A DNA stretch of 64,000 bases from positions 2,892 to 66,891 of the forward strand of contig OMIX01000089.1 in assembly GCA_900299195.1 (NCBI GenBank), in the 5' to 3' direction. A program made the position numbers and the translations under genes. Below the pieces are notes generated by a model. It worked only from the letters and a program-made list of their open reading frames with translations. It did not search any database and had not been told where the DNA came from. Shown one piece after another: positions 44,975-54,405 of this stretch (positions are counted from its first letter, which is position 1; each line of letters opens with the position of its first letter). This DNA comes from Deltaproteobacteria bacterium. GTDB lineage: Bacteria > Bdellovibrionota > FAC87 > UBA2466.

Positions 44975-45731
44975 ACGAGTCGCCTTTAAGCAGAATTTTA
45001 AAAGTTCCAGGTTCTAAACTGAGATTGTGTTCAGGATTCAAACATCCTACCCAATCCAGATAGGGTTCTTGGGTTTGGGGCTGGGTGTAATCGACTAAGA
45101 CTTCGGTCTTAAGTTGGCTACAGCCAAGCGACCTTATCCCTCCCCCTATCGCTGAGGAGTCTCCAAGACCCGCCGCTAGACTATTTTTGCCGTGAATGAG
45201 TCTTAAAATTAAAGAATCTTTGGCTAGAGCCATGACCTTAAGTTGGGTTTGGGATTGAGAAAAAAGAAAACTTTCTAAGCTCAGACTTTGAAGTGAAATC
45301 CCTCTCTTTAAAAAGATTTCCTTAATGGCTAACCAATCAGCGGTTTCGAGAGAAAGTGGATTTGTTTTGACCTCTTTAATTCTTATTCCGCTGGCCAACA
45401 TATCTTTTAACGCTGAAATCGAATCCGGCCCAAAAGAACTTAATATTAATTGGTCTATATCTTTGATTTTCTGTTTTTTTAGATAAAGCAAAAGACTCCC
45501 GGCTGCCTTTCCTGCATTAATTAAAAAAACCTGTCCGTCTGGCATTTTGACCAATTGAGCCTGAGCGGCATGTGTTTGGGAGTCGGATTTGATTAAGGTC
45601 CATTCAACAAAAGGTCTTTTATCGATCAAGAAGGTAAAGGCTAACAGGTATAAAACAATCCATCCCAAAGCGATGGAGCCCCATTTCAAAAAAAATCTGG
45701 CCCTCTTTTGTTCAGAATGAATTTCTGACAC
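44952..45731 (-). CDS. Membrane-anchored protein, possibly a degenerate ComEC-type MBL domain
   Basis: N-terminal TM. VFLINAGKAAG..IDQLILSSFGPDS resembles an MBL domain but the HxHxDH metal motif is absent. Confidence 0.35.
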   Translation of the reverse strand: MSEIHSEQKRARFFLKWGSIALGWIVLYLLAFTFLIDKRPFVEWTLIKSDSQTHAAQAQLVKMPDGQVFLINAGKAAGSLLLYLKKQKIKDIDQLILSSFGPDSISALKDMLASGIRIKEVKTNPLSLETADWLAIKEIFLKRGISLQSLSLESFLFSQSQTQLKVMALAKDSLILRLIHGKNSLAAGLGDSSAIGGGIRSLGCSQLKTEVLVDYTQPQTQEPYLDWVGCLNPEHNLSLEPGTFKILLKGDSFKWKRGR

Positions 45732-45822
45732 TAACTTACCTCCAGCGTCATTTGATATCTGTGGTACACTAAAAACGTCCCAATCGTAAGTGAAATAAAA
45801 CTTTAAAAATAACCATTCGAAT

Positions 45823-46818
45823 ATGAATCTTAAAGACAGGATTTACATCGCTGGTCATCAAGGCTTGGTAGGATCCGCTATCGTAAGGAACTTAAAAGCT
45901 AAGGGTTTTAAAAACATCATCACAGCCGAACGATCGCAACTCAATTTACTCGATCAAACTGACGTACAAGAGTTTTTCAAAGAAAATAACTTTGACTATG
46001 TCCTTGTAGCGGCTGCTAAAGTAGGAGGAATTCTCGCCAATAGCTCCTACCCCGCAGATTTTATTTACGAAAATTTAACGATAGCGACTCATGTCATTCA
46101 TTCCGCTTACCAAAGCAAAGTAAAGAAGCTTTTATACTTAGGAAGTAGCTGTATTTATCCTAAAGATTGTCCTCAACCCATGAAAGAGGAACATCTGCTC
46201 ACAGGACCTTTGGAGCCGACTAACGAAGCCTATGCGATTGCAAAAATTGCGGGGCTAAAACTGTGTGAATTTTATCGTTCTCAATACGGACAAAATTTTA
46301 TAGCCGCCATGCCCACTAATCTGTATGGCCCTTTCGATAATTTTCATCCTCAAAACAGCCACGTTTTACCCGCTCTTATCAGAAGGTTTCATGAAGCTAA
46401 GGAAACAGGGGCTAAACAGGTTACCGTTTGGGGAAGCGGAAGACCCATTCGGGAACTGCTCTTCGTTGATGATTTAGCAGAAGCCCTTGTTCTTCTCATG
46501 GAGAAATATGAATCCGGGGAGGTCATCAACGTAGGAACCGGACAAGGGTACACTATTGCGGAAATTGCTAATCAAGTGCGAGAGGTTGTGGGTTTTGAAG
46601 GTGCGATTGTGTTTGATAAGACAAAACCCGACGGCACACCTAAAAAAGTTCTCAACATAGAAAAAATCTCAAGTCTGGGGTGGAAACCCTCAACGCCTCT
46701 CAAAGAGGGTATTTTGACCACTTATCAATGGGCACTAAAAAATGGAGTCTTCAACCTACCCTCCTCAAAACAAGCACTTCCCACTAACTCAAAGCCTATC
46801 ACAGTAGGGCGCTGCTAA
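45823..46818 (+). CDS. fcl: GDP-L-fucose synthase (GDP-4-keto-6-deoxymannose 3,5-epimerase/4-reductase)
   Basis: IYIAGHQGLVGSAI, SSCIYP, YAIAK, PTNLYGPFDNF. Confidence 0.9.
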   Translation: MNLKDRIYIAGHQGLVGSAIVRNLKAKGFKNIITAERSQLNLLDQTDVQEFFKENNFDYVLVAAAKVGGILANSSYPADFIYENLTIATHVIHSAYQSKVKKLLYLGSSCIYPKDCPQPMKEEHLLTGPLEPTNEAYAIAKIAGLKLCEFYRSQYGQNFIAAMPTNLYGPFDNFHPQNSHVLPALIRRFHEAKETGAKQVTVWGSGRPIRELLFVDDLAEALVLLMEKYESGEVINVGTGQGYTIAEIANQVREVVGFEGAIVFDKTKPDGTPKKVLNIEKISSLGWKPSTPLKEGILTTYQWALKNGVFNLPSSKQALPTNSKPITVGRC

Positions 46819-46876
46819 TCACATTCCCAAAAAACCTTTGTTGTCAGTATTTCAAAAATAGGCGATAAAACCTGAT

Positions 46877-48751
46877 ATGTGTGGAATCATCGGTTATATA
46901 GGTTTTCAAGATCCTAAAGGGATTCTTTTGGATGGACTTAAACGGTTGGAATACCGAGGATACGATTCTGCCGGAATTGCTATTCTTGAGGGAAATAAAA
47001 CTCTCTTATTCCGTTCTGAAGGTAGAATACAAAAATTGGAAAGTAAGCTGACTCAAGAGCACTTTCAAGGGCATTTGGGAATAGGGCATACTCGTTGGGC
47101 TACTCATGGAGCCCCTACTGAAAACAATGCTCACCCCCATCAAGCTGGCCCCATCACTTTAGTCCACAATGGAATATTGGAAAACTACTTAGACCACAAA
47201 CTTAATCTACAAAAAAACAAAGTTTCTTTCTCGAGTGATACCGACACTGAAGTGATTGCCCACCTCTTTCACCAAGAAATTCAATCGGGAATATCTCTCA
47301 AAGATGCGACCTTCAAAATTTTGCCTACCCTGAAGGGATCTTATGCTTTTGTTGTTATTCATGAAAATGAGCCTGATGTAGTAATAGGCACTGCTCAAGG
47401 AGCTCCGCTAATTATTGGACTAGGAGAGAAAGAGACTTTTCTAGCTTCTGACGTGCAAGCTATTTTGCATCGAACCAATAAAGTCATTTATCTCGAAGAG
47501 GGTCAAGTCGCCGTTTGCAAAAATAATCAAGTCGAGCTTTTTTCTCGAGAGGGTAAAAAACTCGTCCCTCAAATAAAAACTCTACAATGGTCAGCGGAAC
47601 AAATGGAAAAAGCTGGCTATCGACACTACATGCTCAAGGAAATCCACGAGCAATCCCAGGCCATTGCCAACACCATCTCGGGCCACATGGAATCCGTAAG
47701 TGGCACTATTCAAATTCCTGAGATCCTGAAAATCAAAGACAAGCTTAAGACCCTTAACAGAATCTCTATTGTTGCCTGTGGAACTGCAAGACATGCAGGA
47801 CTTGTAGGAAAATATTATTTTGAAAAACTTTCAAGAATCTCAACCGACGTCGATTTTGGATCCGAGTTTAGATATCGACAACCCATCTTAGATAAAAACT
47901 CGTTAACTATTTTAATTTCTCAATCAGGCGAAACAGCAGACACTTTGGCTGGACTTAGAGAGTCAAAATCTCAAGGAGTAGCCACCTTATCCATCTGTAA
48001 TGTGAGAGAAAGTTCTCTGGCTCGAGAATCGGATTTGGTTCTTTACACCAATGCAGGCCCCGAAATTGGAGTAGCTTCCACGAAAGCCTTCACCACGCAA
48101 TTAACCATGCTTTACATGTTGGCGGTTCAGCTAGGAGAAATTCGAGGCACCATTACCAAGGAATATGCCAAAGAATTAGCAACCGATTTGATGCATCTCC
48201 CCCACCTGGTAGACCAAACTTTAAGGCTCGAAAATAAAGTTGAAGAGATTGCACAAAGTTTTCAAGACCATCCGTTTTTCTTCTACATGGGGAGAGATTG
48301 CTTGTACCCCATTGCTCTAGAAGGAGCGCTAAAACTTAAAGAGATCAGTTACGCACATGCAGAGGGGTATCCAGCTGGCGAATTAAAACATGGACCTATT
48401 GCTTTGATTGATCGGCAAGCTGCTGTGATTGTTCTTGCGCCTCGAAATAAAGCGCCGGAAACCCAAACGGATCTGAATGATTTTGATCACAATATTCTGT
48501 TTGATAAAATTTTAAGTAATCTTCAACAAGTAAAAGCTCGAGGGGGACAAATTTTGACAGTGGGAAGTGAAGAAGACTCTCTTTTTCCGAAAGAATCTAA
48601 ATATTTTATAGGTCTACCGAAATGTTCTTGGGCACTTAATCCTATTTTGACCACCCTGCCACTTCAGTTGTTGGCTTATCACATTGCCTCTCTAAGAGGA
48701 ACTGACGTCGATAAACCCAGAAACCTAGCCAAAAGTGTTACGGTAGAATAA
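46877..48751 (+). CDS. glmS: Glutamine--fructose-6-phosphate aminotransferase
   Basis: MCGIIGY N-terminal nucleophile, two SIS domains (SQSGETADT), C-terminus NLAKSVTVE. Confidence 0.95.
   Translation: MCGIIGYIGFQDPKGILLDGLKRLEYRGYDSAGIAILEGNKTLLFRSEGRIQKLESKLTQEHFQGHLGIGHTRWATHGAPTENNAHPHQAGPITLVHNGILENYLDHKLNLQKNKVSFSSDTDTEVIAHLFHQEIQSGISLKDATFKILPTLKGSYAFVVIHENEPDVVIGTAQGAPLIIGLGEKETFLASDVQAILHRTNKVIYLEEGQVAVCKNNQVELFSREGKKLVPQIKTLQWSAEQMEKAGYRHYMLKEIHEQSQAIANTISGHMESVSGTIQIPEILKIKDKLKTLNRISIVACGTARHAGLVGKYYFEKLSRISTDVDFGSEFRYRQPILDKNSLTILISQSGETADTLAGLRESKSQGVATLSICNVRESSLARESDLVLYTNAGPEIGVASTKAFTTQLTMLYMLAVQLGEIRGTITKEYAKELATDLMHLPHLVDQTLRLENKVEEIAQSFQDHPFFFYMGRDCLYPIALEGALKLKEISYAHAEGYPAGELKHGPIALIDRQAAVIVLAPRNKAPETQTDLNDFDHNILFDKILSNLQQVKARGGQILTVGSEEDSLFPKESKYFIGLPKCSWALNPILTTLPLQLLAYHIASLRGTDVDKPRNLAKSVTVE
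48717..48751 (+). repeat. Direct repeat copy 1 (last 11 codons plus stop of glmS)
   Basis: CCAGAAACCTAGCCAAAAGTGTTACGGTAGAATAA; 34/35 identical to 49966-50000. Confidence 0.95.
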
Positions 48752-48800
48752 GAGGCTTTGCTTTTATTTAGCGTTCAGCTTTTCCTGAATATACTAAAAG

Positions 48801-49922
48801 TTACTCATAACCCAGACTTTTTAGTTTTAAAGTAACCCTCTGGATAAACCAGTTTCCCAACTTAATCCCTGGTTCTTCAATTAAAACATGGATGAAACTT
48901 GCCACACTGAAAGACACTGCTACCAACAAAATAAAATGAACCAAACTTCCAAAGTTAGACCCAGTTAAGTACTGGGTAAGACCTATTTTTTGAAACAAAT
49001 AGATAATGGCAAAATGAAATAAATATATTCCATAGCTCTGCCTGCCTAGTTTCACAGTTACAAAATTTACGAAAATAACGACTTGATGTAGGGACAGGAA
49101 CATTACGAATATTGAGATAGCTATAGCATCAACAACCCATTGAGGCATAAACAATGGTGATCCAAAGGGTAAGTAAGACCGGAAAACAGTGATTATAAAG
49201 ATGAATCCACCAATCCAGTAAAATCTAACCTTTCTGATCCCGTTTTTTAAAAAACAAAAAGTGATAATTCCGATTAGAAATACCGGAAACTGCGCCAGGA
49301 AATTTAAATAACAAAAATCTCTAACCAGATATTGCTGATTAACAGGATAATTAAATAAACCCATGATGAAAGGCTCACTCATCTTAAGTATCCATAGACT
49401 TGAGAAGAACATTAAAATTGCAAACACGGGAGACCTAACTTCTGATAACAAAAAGGGCACAAGCAAATAGAAAAAAGCTTCATTTGCTATCGACCATCCT
49501 CCAGGTACCAACGAGTTTATTGTTAAAGGATTAAATCCGTGCAAAAATGTTGCGGTAAGAAAAATGTCCCATCTATTTACTCCCATAGGAGCTGAATATC
49601 TAGGTTTCAATCCATTCAAAATAAGAAAAATCACTATCGCTAGATAAAACAGCGGGGCAATCCTAAAAACCCTTTTTAGATAAAAGTTTAATTTGGGGAA
49701 TCTTTCACTAGCCATTTTTGAATACCAGGACATGCAAATAGCAATAGCAGATACAATGAAAAACAATTGGACTCCTAGCATTCCTTTTTTCATTATTCGA
49801 TTTAATAATTCATTTGTGGGAACAGCATATTGACTAGAATGGACAAGAACGACAGCCAAAATGGCTAATCCCTTAAGAGCATCAAGATAGGGATACTTTT
49901 TTATATCCATTGAATAACCCAT
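48801..49922 (-). CDS. Acyltransferase family 3 integral membrane O-acyltransferase
   Basis: N-terminal LDALKGLAILAVVLVHS motif, ~10 TM helices. Visibly more AT-rich than the flanking genes. Confidence 0.8.
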   Translation of the reverse strand: MGYSMDIKKYPYLDALKGLAILAVVLVHSSQYAVPTNELLNRIMKKGMLGVQLFFIVSAIAICMSWYSKMASERFPKLNFYLKRVFRIAPLFYLAIVIFLILNGLKPRYSAPMGVNRWDIFLTATFLHGFNPLTINSLVPGGWSIANEAFFYLLVPFLLSEVRSPVFAILMFFSSLWILKMSEPFIMGLFNYPVNQQYLVRDFCYLNFLAQFPVFLIGIITFCFLKNGIRKVRFYWIGGFIFIITVFRSYLPFGSPLFMPQWVVDAIAISIFVMFLSLHQVVIFVNFVTVKLGRQSYGIYLFHFAIIYLFQKIGLTQYLTGSNFGSLVHFILLVAVSFSVASFIHVLIEEPGIKLGNWFIQRVTLKLKSLGYE

Positions 49923-49965
49923 TCTTACTTAGAGTTGCTGTAGCTAAAGTAGATAGGAAGTAGCG

Positions 49966-50000
49966 CCAGAAACCTAGCCAAAAGTGTTACGGTGGAATAA
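49966..50000 (+). repeat. Direct repeat copy 2 (orphan copy of the glmS 3' end)
   Basis: CCAGAAACCTAGCCAAAAGTGTTACGGTGGAATAA. The single difference (GTA to GTG) is synonymous in the glmS frame. Ends 2 nt from the wzt-like stop codon. Confidence 0.95.
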
Positions 50001-50002
50001 CT

Positions 50003-50800
50003 TTAAGCGACTTGAGGGAGGTCTTTTTCCTTGCTGTAAAGATCTAACATCTCACTTGCAGATCCCAAGGCAATTACTTTGCCTTGCTTCATGTAAACTC
50101 CTCGATTACAAAGCTTGTTAACGGCTTTTTCATCGTGACTCACAAACAAAATGGTACGACCGCTATTAGCTACAGAACGCATTTTATTTATGCATTTGTT
50201 TTGAAAGGCTGTATCTCCAACTGCTAACACTTCATCTACAAACAAAATAGGTTGATCCAAATGAGCTGCGACAGAAAACGCCAATCGAACGTACATCCCT
50301 GAGGAGTAATGCTTAATTGGAGTATCGATAAATTTTTCGACTTCAGAAAAATCTACAATGGCATCAAACTTAGCTTGAATTTCTCTTCTTCTCATTCCTA
50401 AGATCGCACCATTGAGAAAAATATTTTCTCTTCCTGAAAGCTCAGCATGAAATCCGGTTCCCACTTCCAACAAAGCCGAAGATTTTCCCCTGATGACAGC
50501 TCTACCCTCAGTAGGAAAAGTGATTCGAGAGAGAATTTTTAAAAGGGTCGATTTGCCACATCCGTTGCGACCAATCAATCCTACAATCTCACCCGGCTGC
50601 ACAGAGAAAGAGACATCTTTTAACGCCCAAATATAATCGTTGGAATTTTCGTTTTGCTTATTCCCTTTTAACATTCCTATCGGTCCATTCTCTCTAAGAT
50701 TTTTAGAAAACCTATTAAGAACTTCTCTGATTGAAGTCGTACCGATGACACCCAGGCGATACTGTTTGGAAATATTTTGAACTTCAATTATTGGCTTCAT
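50003..50800 (-). CDS. Polysaccharide/O-antigen export ABC transporter ATP-binding protein (Wzt/TagH-like)
   Basis: Walker A GRNGCGKST, signature YSSGMYVRL, Walker B ILFVDEVLAVGD. Confidence 0.85.
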   Translation of the reverse strand: MKPIIEVQNISKQYRLGVIGTTSIREVLNRFSKNLRENGPIGMLKGNKQNENSNDYIWALKDVSFSVQPGEIVGLIGRNGCGKSTLLKILSRITFPTEGRAVIRGKSSALLEVGTGFHAELSGRENIFLNGAILGMRRREIQAKFDAIVDFSEVEKFIDTPIKHYSSGMYVRLAFSVAAHLDQPILFVDEVLAVGDTAFQNKCINKMRSVANSGRTILFVSHDEKAVNKLCNRGVYMKQGKVIALGSASEMLDLYSKEKDLPQVA

Positions 50801-50803
50801 AAA

Positions 50804-51691
50804 TTAAATAATATCAACAAAGTCTCTTTCTACTCGGTTAAACATCATCAACCCCAACACCACAGAAACCATAGAAACGATTAAGGATACGAATAAATAT
50901 GACACTTCCAAGGCAGAGGTCCCTAAAAAAACATGACGAAACGTATCTACCACTGCAATGAGGGGGTTAAAAACCGTTAAATAATAGAAACGTTCTGGAA
51001 TTTTACTTACAGGATAAACCACTGGGGTCGCATAAAACCATAACTGAATAAAAAACCCTAAGACATGAGTTAGGTCTTTATATTTCACCGTAATAGCTGC
51101 AAACATCAGCCCTAAACCTAAACACATCGCAGAAGTAATGAGGAGAAGCAAGGGAGTCAAAGCCACGATCTTAATGAGATCGGGATGAATGATATTTCCT
51201 GCCGCAGTAAATAATTTATAAAAAATAAGCAACCCCATAAAAACTAGGAGTTGAGTAAAAAAAATCAATGATTTTGAAATCACCACAGAAAGAGGCATTA
51301 CAAGTCTAGGAAAGTAAACCTTTTGAAAAATATAAGCATTGGCAATTAACACATCCGCAGTTTGTTGAAAGGCAACTGAGAAATAGCCCCAAATGACTAA
51401 CCCGCTAAAATAAAAAAGAAGGTGAGGAATTTCATCCGTTGACATCCCTCCTAGTTTTCCAAAAACGGCAGTTAAAACTCCTGACATCATAATAGGTTGT
51501 ACGATGTACCAAATGGGTCCAAGAATGGTTTGGCGATAACGAGCTATAAACTCTTTTTGTACAAAGAGAGTAATCAAATCTCTAAATTGCCACAACTCTA
51601 CCCAATCGATTCTGAACCACTGATAATTGGCGTCAATTACCGTAGTTGAATTGAGACGGTCCGAGTAGACCTTTTTCAAATATGCGCGCAT
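50804..51691 (-). CDS. ABC-2 type polysaccharide export permease (Wzm/TagG-like)
   Basis: Six TM helices, ABC-2 layout, 3 nt upstream of the ATPase gene. Confidence 0.8.
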   Translation of the reverse strand: MRAYLKKVYSDRLNSTTVIDANYQWFRIDWVELWQFRDLITLFVQKEFIARYRQTILGPIWYIVQPIMMSGVLTAVFGKLGGMSTDEIPHLLFYFSGLVIWGYFSVAFQQTADVLIANAYIFQKVYFPRLVMPLSVVISKSLIFFTQLLVFMGLLIFYKLFTAAGNIIHPDLIKIVALTPLLLLITSAMCLGLGLMFAAITVKYKDLTHVLGFFIQLWFYATPVVYPVSKIPERFYYLTVFNPLIAVVDTFRHVFLGTSALEVSYLFVSLIVSMVSVVLGLMMFNRVERDFVDII

Positions 51692-51802
51692 GAGCCAAGT
51701 TTGTTGTTATTAGGAAATTAAGAAGATTCATTTATTATCCTACATTTAGCGAGATTGTATAAGCTAAAATTTGATTTGCAGCGAGGCAACGTGCCTAACA
51801 CA

Positions 51803-54034
51803 CTAAGGCCACAAACGCGCCATGGCCTGAGAAGCCCCAGCTATTCCGCTGAGAACAAGTTGGATGCCATCTAAAATAATGCGGTTGGCCGCAGAGTTCC
51901 CTTGAGTAAAACTGACTGTTTTTAGATGGTTTCCATCATTAATAAAATTACCATTAGATTGATACCTTTTGATCAACATTTGATTGGATGCAGTTCCAAC
52001 TATCAAAATCTGACCAGCTGAATCAACTTCAATATCTTTGGCTTCTGTACTTATAGTATCGGTGATGAGACCTGAGCTTCCAAACGTAGTGTCCAAACCC
52101 AGGTTGGTATTCAGCCTGATCACCGCTAGTTGGGAACCGTTAGTTCCAGCGAGTAAAATTTTTCCAGAAGCATTAAAGGCGATTGGATTGACTGTACCTT
52201 GACCAAATTGAGACAGAGTCAAAGTAGGTGGCAAATTAGCCGGATCAAATCGGGTCACTGACATTTTTGAATCAGAAGAAGTGCCCCCTATCACAATATT
52301 TCCAGAGCCGTCCTTCTTAATGCGGGTGGCCAAAGCAGAAAAGGTAGGGTTCACCAGGTTATTAGGATCCATGGCCCCGGTGACTTTCGGCACAAAGATA
52401 AAATTAAATTTGTTCCCTACCAGAACCAAGTTTCCAACATTAGTAGTTTCAATTCCAATGAGCTCGTCATCTAATGCCATCAGATCTCGGGTTTGTACTG
52501 GAAAATCAGAATTGAGTACCAGATCATTACCCATCAAATTAAGTTTTCCATATAACCAATCCTTCCCCGAACTTCCTCCAAAATCGGCCCAGCCAGCAAA
52601 ATAAACATCGGACCCCTCAATCACCATGGAGTTAATACGCGAGGAGTTACCTATGGTATCACTCACATTGAACTCAGACTTAACGGCACCCGTATCTCTG
52701 TCTACCAAAGCTAAATAGCCCCTCTCAACTGAAGAAACGATTTTGTATCCAGCAATCAAATAGCCCTCAGAAATTTTAATGATCGACAAGATTTCTCCAG
52801 GTGAAAGAGCCAACTTGCCATCACTACTAAAAGCAGTGTCCAACACTAAGTGAGTGACGTTAAGGGTAGCCGTAGCGTTAGTTAATCCAGTCGAGCTTCC
52901 AGTGAGAGTCACGCTAGTTACTGCGATAGAGGTGACTTTAAAGAACAGTGCCGCTGAAGGCGACGCACTGCTGATCCCCACCGAAGTTCTAATGTTACTT
53001 CCACTTTGACAATCACTTAAGCTTGTAAAAAACTGACCGTTCCCGCCTGAAGATAAGCTCACGGTCTTATTGTTCTCACTAAACGCATTCCCCAACCCAT
53101 CTCTCGATGTGATAGTGAACGAGCCACTACACACACCGACGTTTAAGGTGGCGGGTGCGGAATCAAAAGTTAACGCGGTAGCCGTTCGGGTCACAGCGAT
53201 AGTGGCTGTTCCATTTGAAACTATCGGATCACTTACTGCCAAAGAAGAAGTGATGACTCTCGAATTGGTATTTATGCTTGTGACTTTAAAAGAAAGATTA
53301 CCCGTTGTGGTATTATTCTCAGGAATGCTGACTGAGGTCGTTTCATTAACACAATCATTCCCAGTATAAAATTTGGCTTCGAAATTAACTCCTAAGCTAA
53401 TCTGGGTTTCAGTTCCTCGGGTAAATGGGTTACCCAGTCCATCGATACTTGTCACCGTAAGTCCACTCGCACAAACACCAACATTAGCCGAATTGGGATT
53501 CCCATTAAACCTAAGGGCCGTAACTACCCTCTTAACCTCCGAGCGGCCTATCTCGCTCGAAAATCCACGACTGCTAGCAGAAAAAGCGACAGGATTGCTG
53601 GTAGCTTGATTGTAATCGTAATTAGTTGGCTTATAGTAAATCAGTTTTCGACTTTCCCCAGCGTTCATGGGAATTGAAGTCATACTCGCGCCAGAACAAT
53701 TGGAAGTAGTATAAAAATTCCCCCCTTGCCCCGTGGCTTCGAGATTCACAACTATAGAACTTTTAAGTCGAACTTCAATAGAGCTTCCTCGATTCACTGC
53801 AGTTGCCACGCTCACATCCACGGGCTCACAGAGGGTCAGTCCGAGTTCCGCTTTTCTTGATTTGATAAGAATACGACTGGGTAACAATGCCGGATCCTCT
53901 GAAAAATTGAGTGCCTGCTTTTGGGGAGCTTTTTCCTCATCAAAAGACATGAAACCAAACTGACAAGAGGTTAAGACAAAGGTAAGAAGAAGAGCTAAAA
54001 GACGATTTAGGAATGTTAAAAACGTGCTTTTCAT
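51803..54034 (-). CDS. Large surface lipoprotein: tandem Ig-like repeats plus delta-60-repeat beta-propeller region
   Basis: Lipobox LTSC. Two ~100-aa repeats share NVGVC..(L/F)T(V/I)TS(I/R)DGLGN(P/A)F..FKVTSI. C-terminal LDT(A/T)F(S/G)S(D/S)G-type repeats. Confidence 0.6.
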   Translation of the reverse strand: MKSTFLTFLNRLLALLLTFVLTSCQFGFMSFDEEKAPQKQALNFSEDPALLPSRILIKSRKAELGLTLCEPVDVSVATAVNRGSSIEVRLKSSIVVNLEATGQGGNFYTTSNCSGASMTSIPMNAGESRKLIYYKPTNYDYNQATSNPVAFSASSRGFSSEIGRSEVKRVVTALRFNGNPNSANVGVCASGLTVTSIDGLGNPFTRGTETQISLGVNFEAKFYTGNDCVNETTSVSIPENNTTTGNLSFKVTSINTNSRVITSSLAVSDPIVSNGTATIAVTRTATALTFDSAPATLNVGVCSGSFTITSRDGLGNAFSENNKTVSLSSGGNGQFFTSLSDCQSGSNIRTSVGISSASPSAALFFKVTSIAVTSVTLTGSSTGLTNATATLNVTHLVLDTAFSSDGKLALSPGEILSIIKISEGYLIAGYKIVSSVERGYLALVDRDTGAVKSEFNVSDTIGNSSRINSMVIEGSDVYFAGWADFGGSSGKDWLYGKLNLMGNDLVLNSDFPVQTRDLMALDDELIGIETTNVGNLVLVGNKFNFIFVPKVTGAMDPNNLVNPTFSALATRIKKDGSGNIVIGGTSSDSKMSVTRFDPANLPPTLTLSQFGQGTVNPIAFNASGKILLAGTNGSQLAVIRLNTNLGLDTTFGSSGLITDTISTEAKDIEVDSAGQILIVGTASNQMLIKRYQSNGNFINDGNHLKTVSFTQGNSAANRIILDGIQLVLSGIAGASQAMARLWP

Positions 54035-54405
54035 CGACCGACTACGCCCCTCAATACACTATGATTCACGATTGAGAGGTCCAATTAACATGCCAACAAA
54101 ACTGACAACTGTCTCATCCTTAGTCAGCCAAGCAACTCTGAGTGATTTTGAAGTTCGGAAATTAAGCAACTAATTCAACAACTAAGAAATCACTAAAAAC
54201 AACTCGCAATTATGTCGAACAAATCACATTTATGACTTTTTGAAAATCGTCGAAGAACTATACATTCGGGTTTCGGAAAATGCTAAAACCCTGAAATGAC
54301 TTCACTTTAAACATCTACCCTTTAGACACTCTTATAAAAATAAACTCTACTCACAAAATGAGAATGAATTTCTGATACTTAACTAAAATCATCGAAGAAA
54401 GTGTC

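Noticed and set aside
46819-46876. glmS ribozyme upstream of glmS
   Set aside because: The intergenic region is only 58 nt and lacks the conserved ribozyme core. That element is also typical of Gram-positive lineages.
48717-50000. Tn7-type element at attTn7 (glmS 3' end)
   Set aside because: The location is suggestive, but the segment is only ~1.25 kb and encodes no tnsABCDE or any recombinase. It lacks the Tn7 end repeats I would recognise. It is reported only as a repeat-flanked cassette of unknown mobilisation.
52281-53963. Four long plus-strand ORFs (76-107 aa) inside the 743-aa surface-protein gene
   Set aside because: They are antisense to a strongly supported repeat-containing CDS. 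The Ser/Thr/Gly/Asn-biased codons of that gene deplete stop codons on the opposite strand. They have no RBS or motifs.
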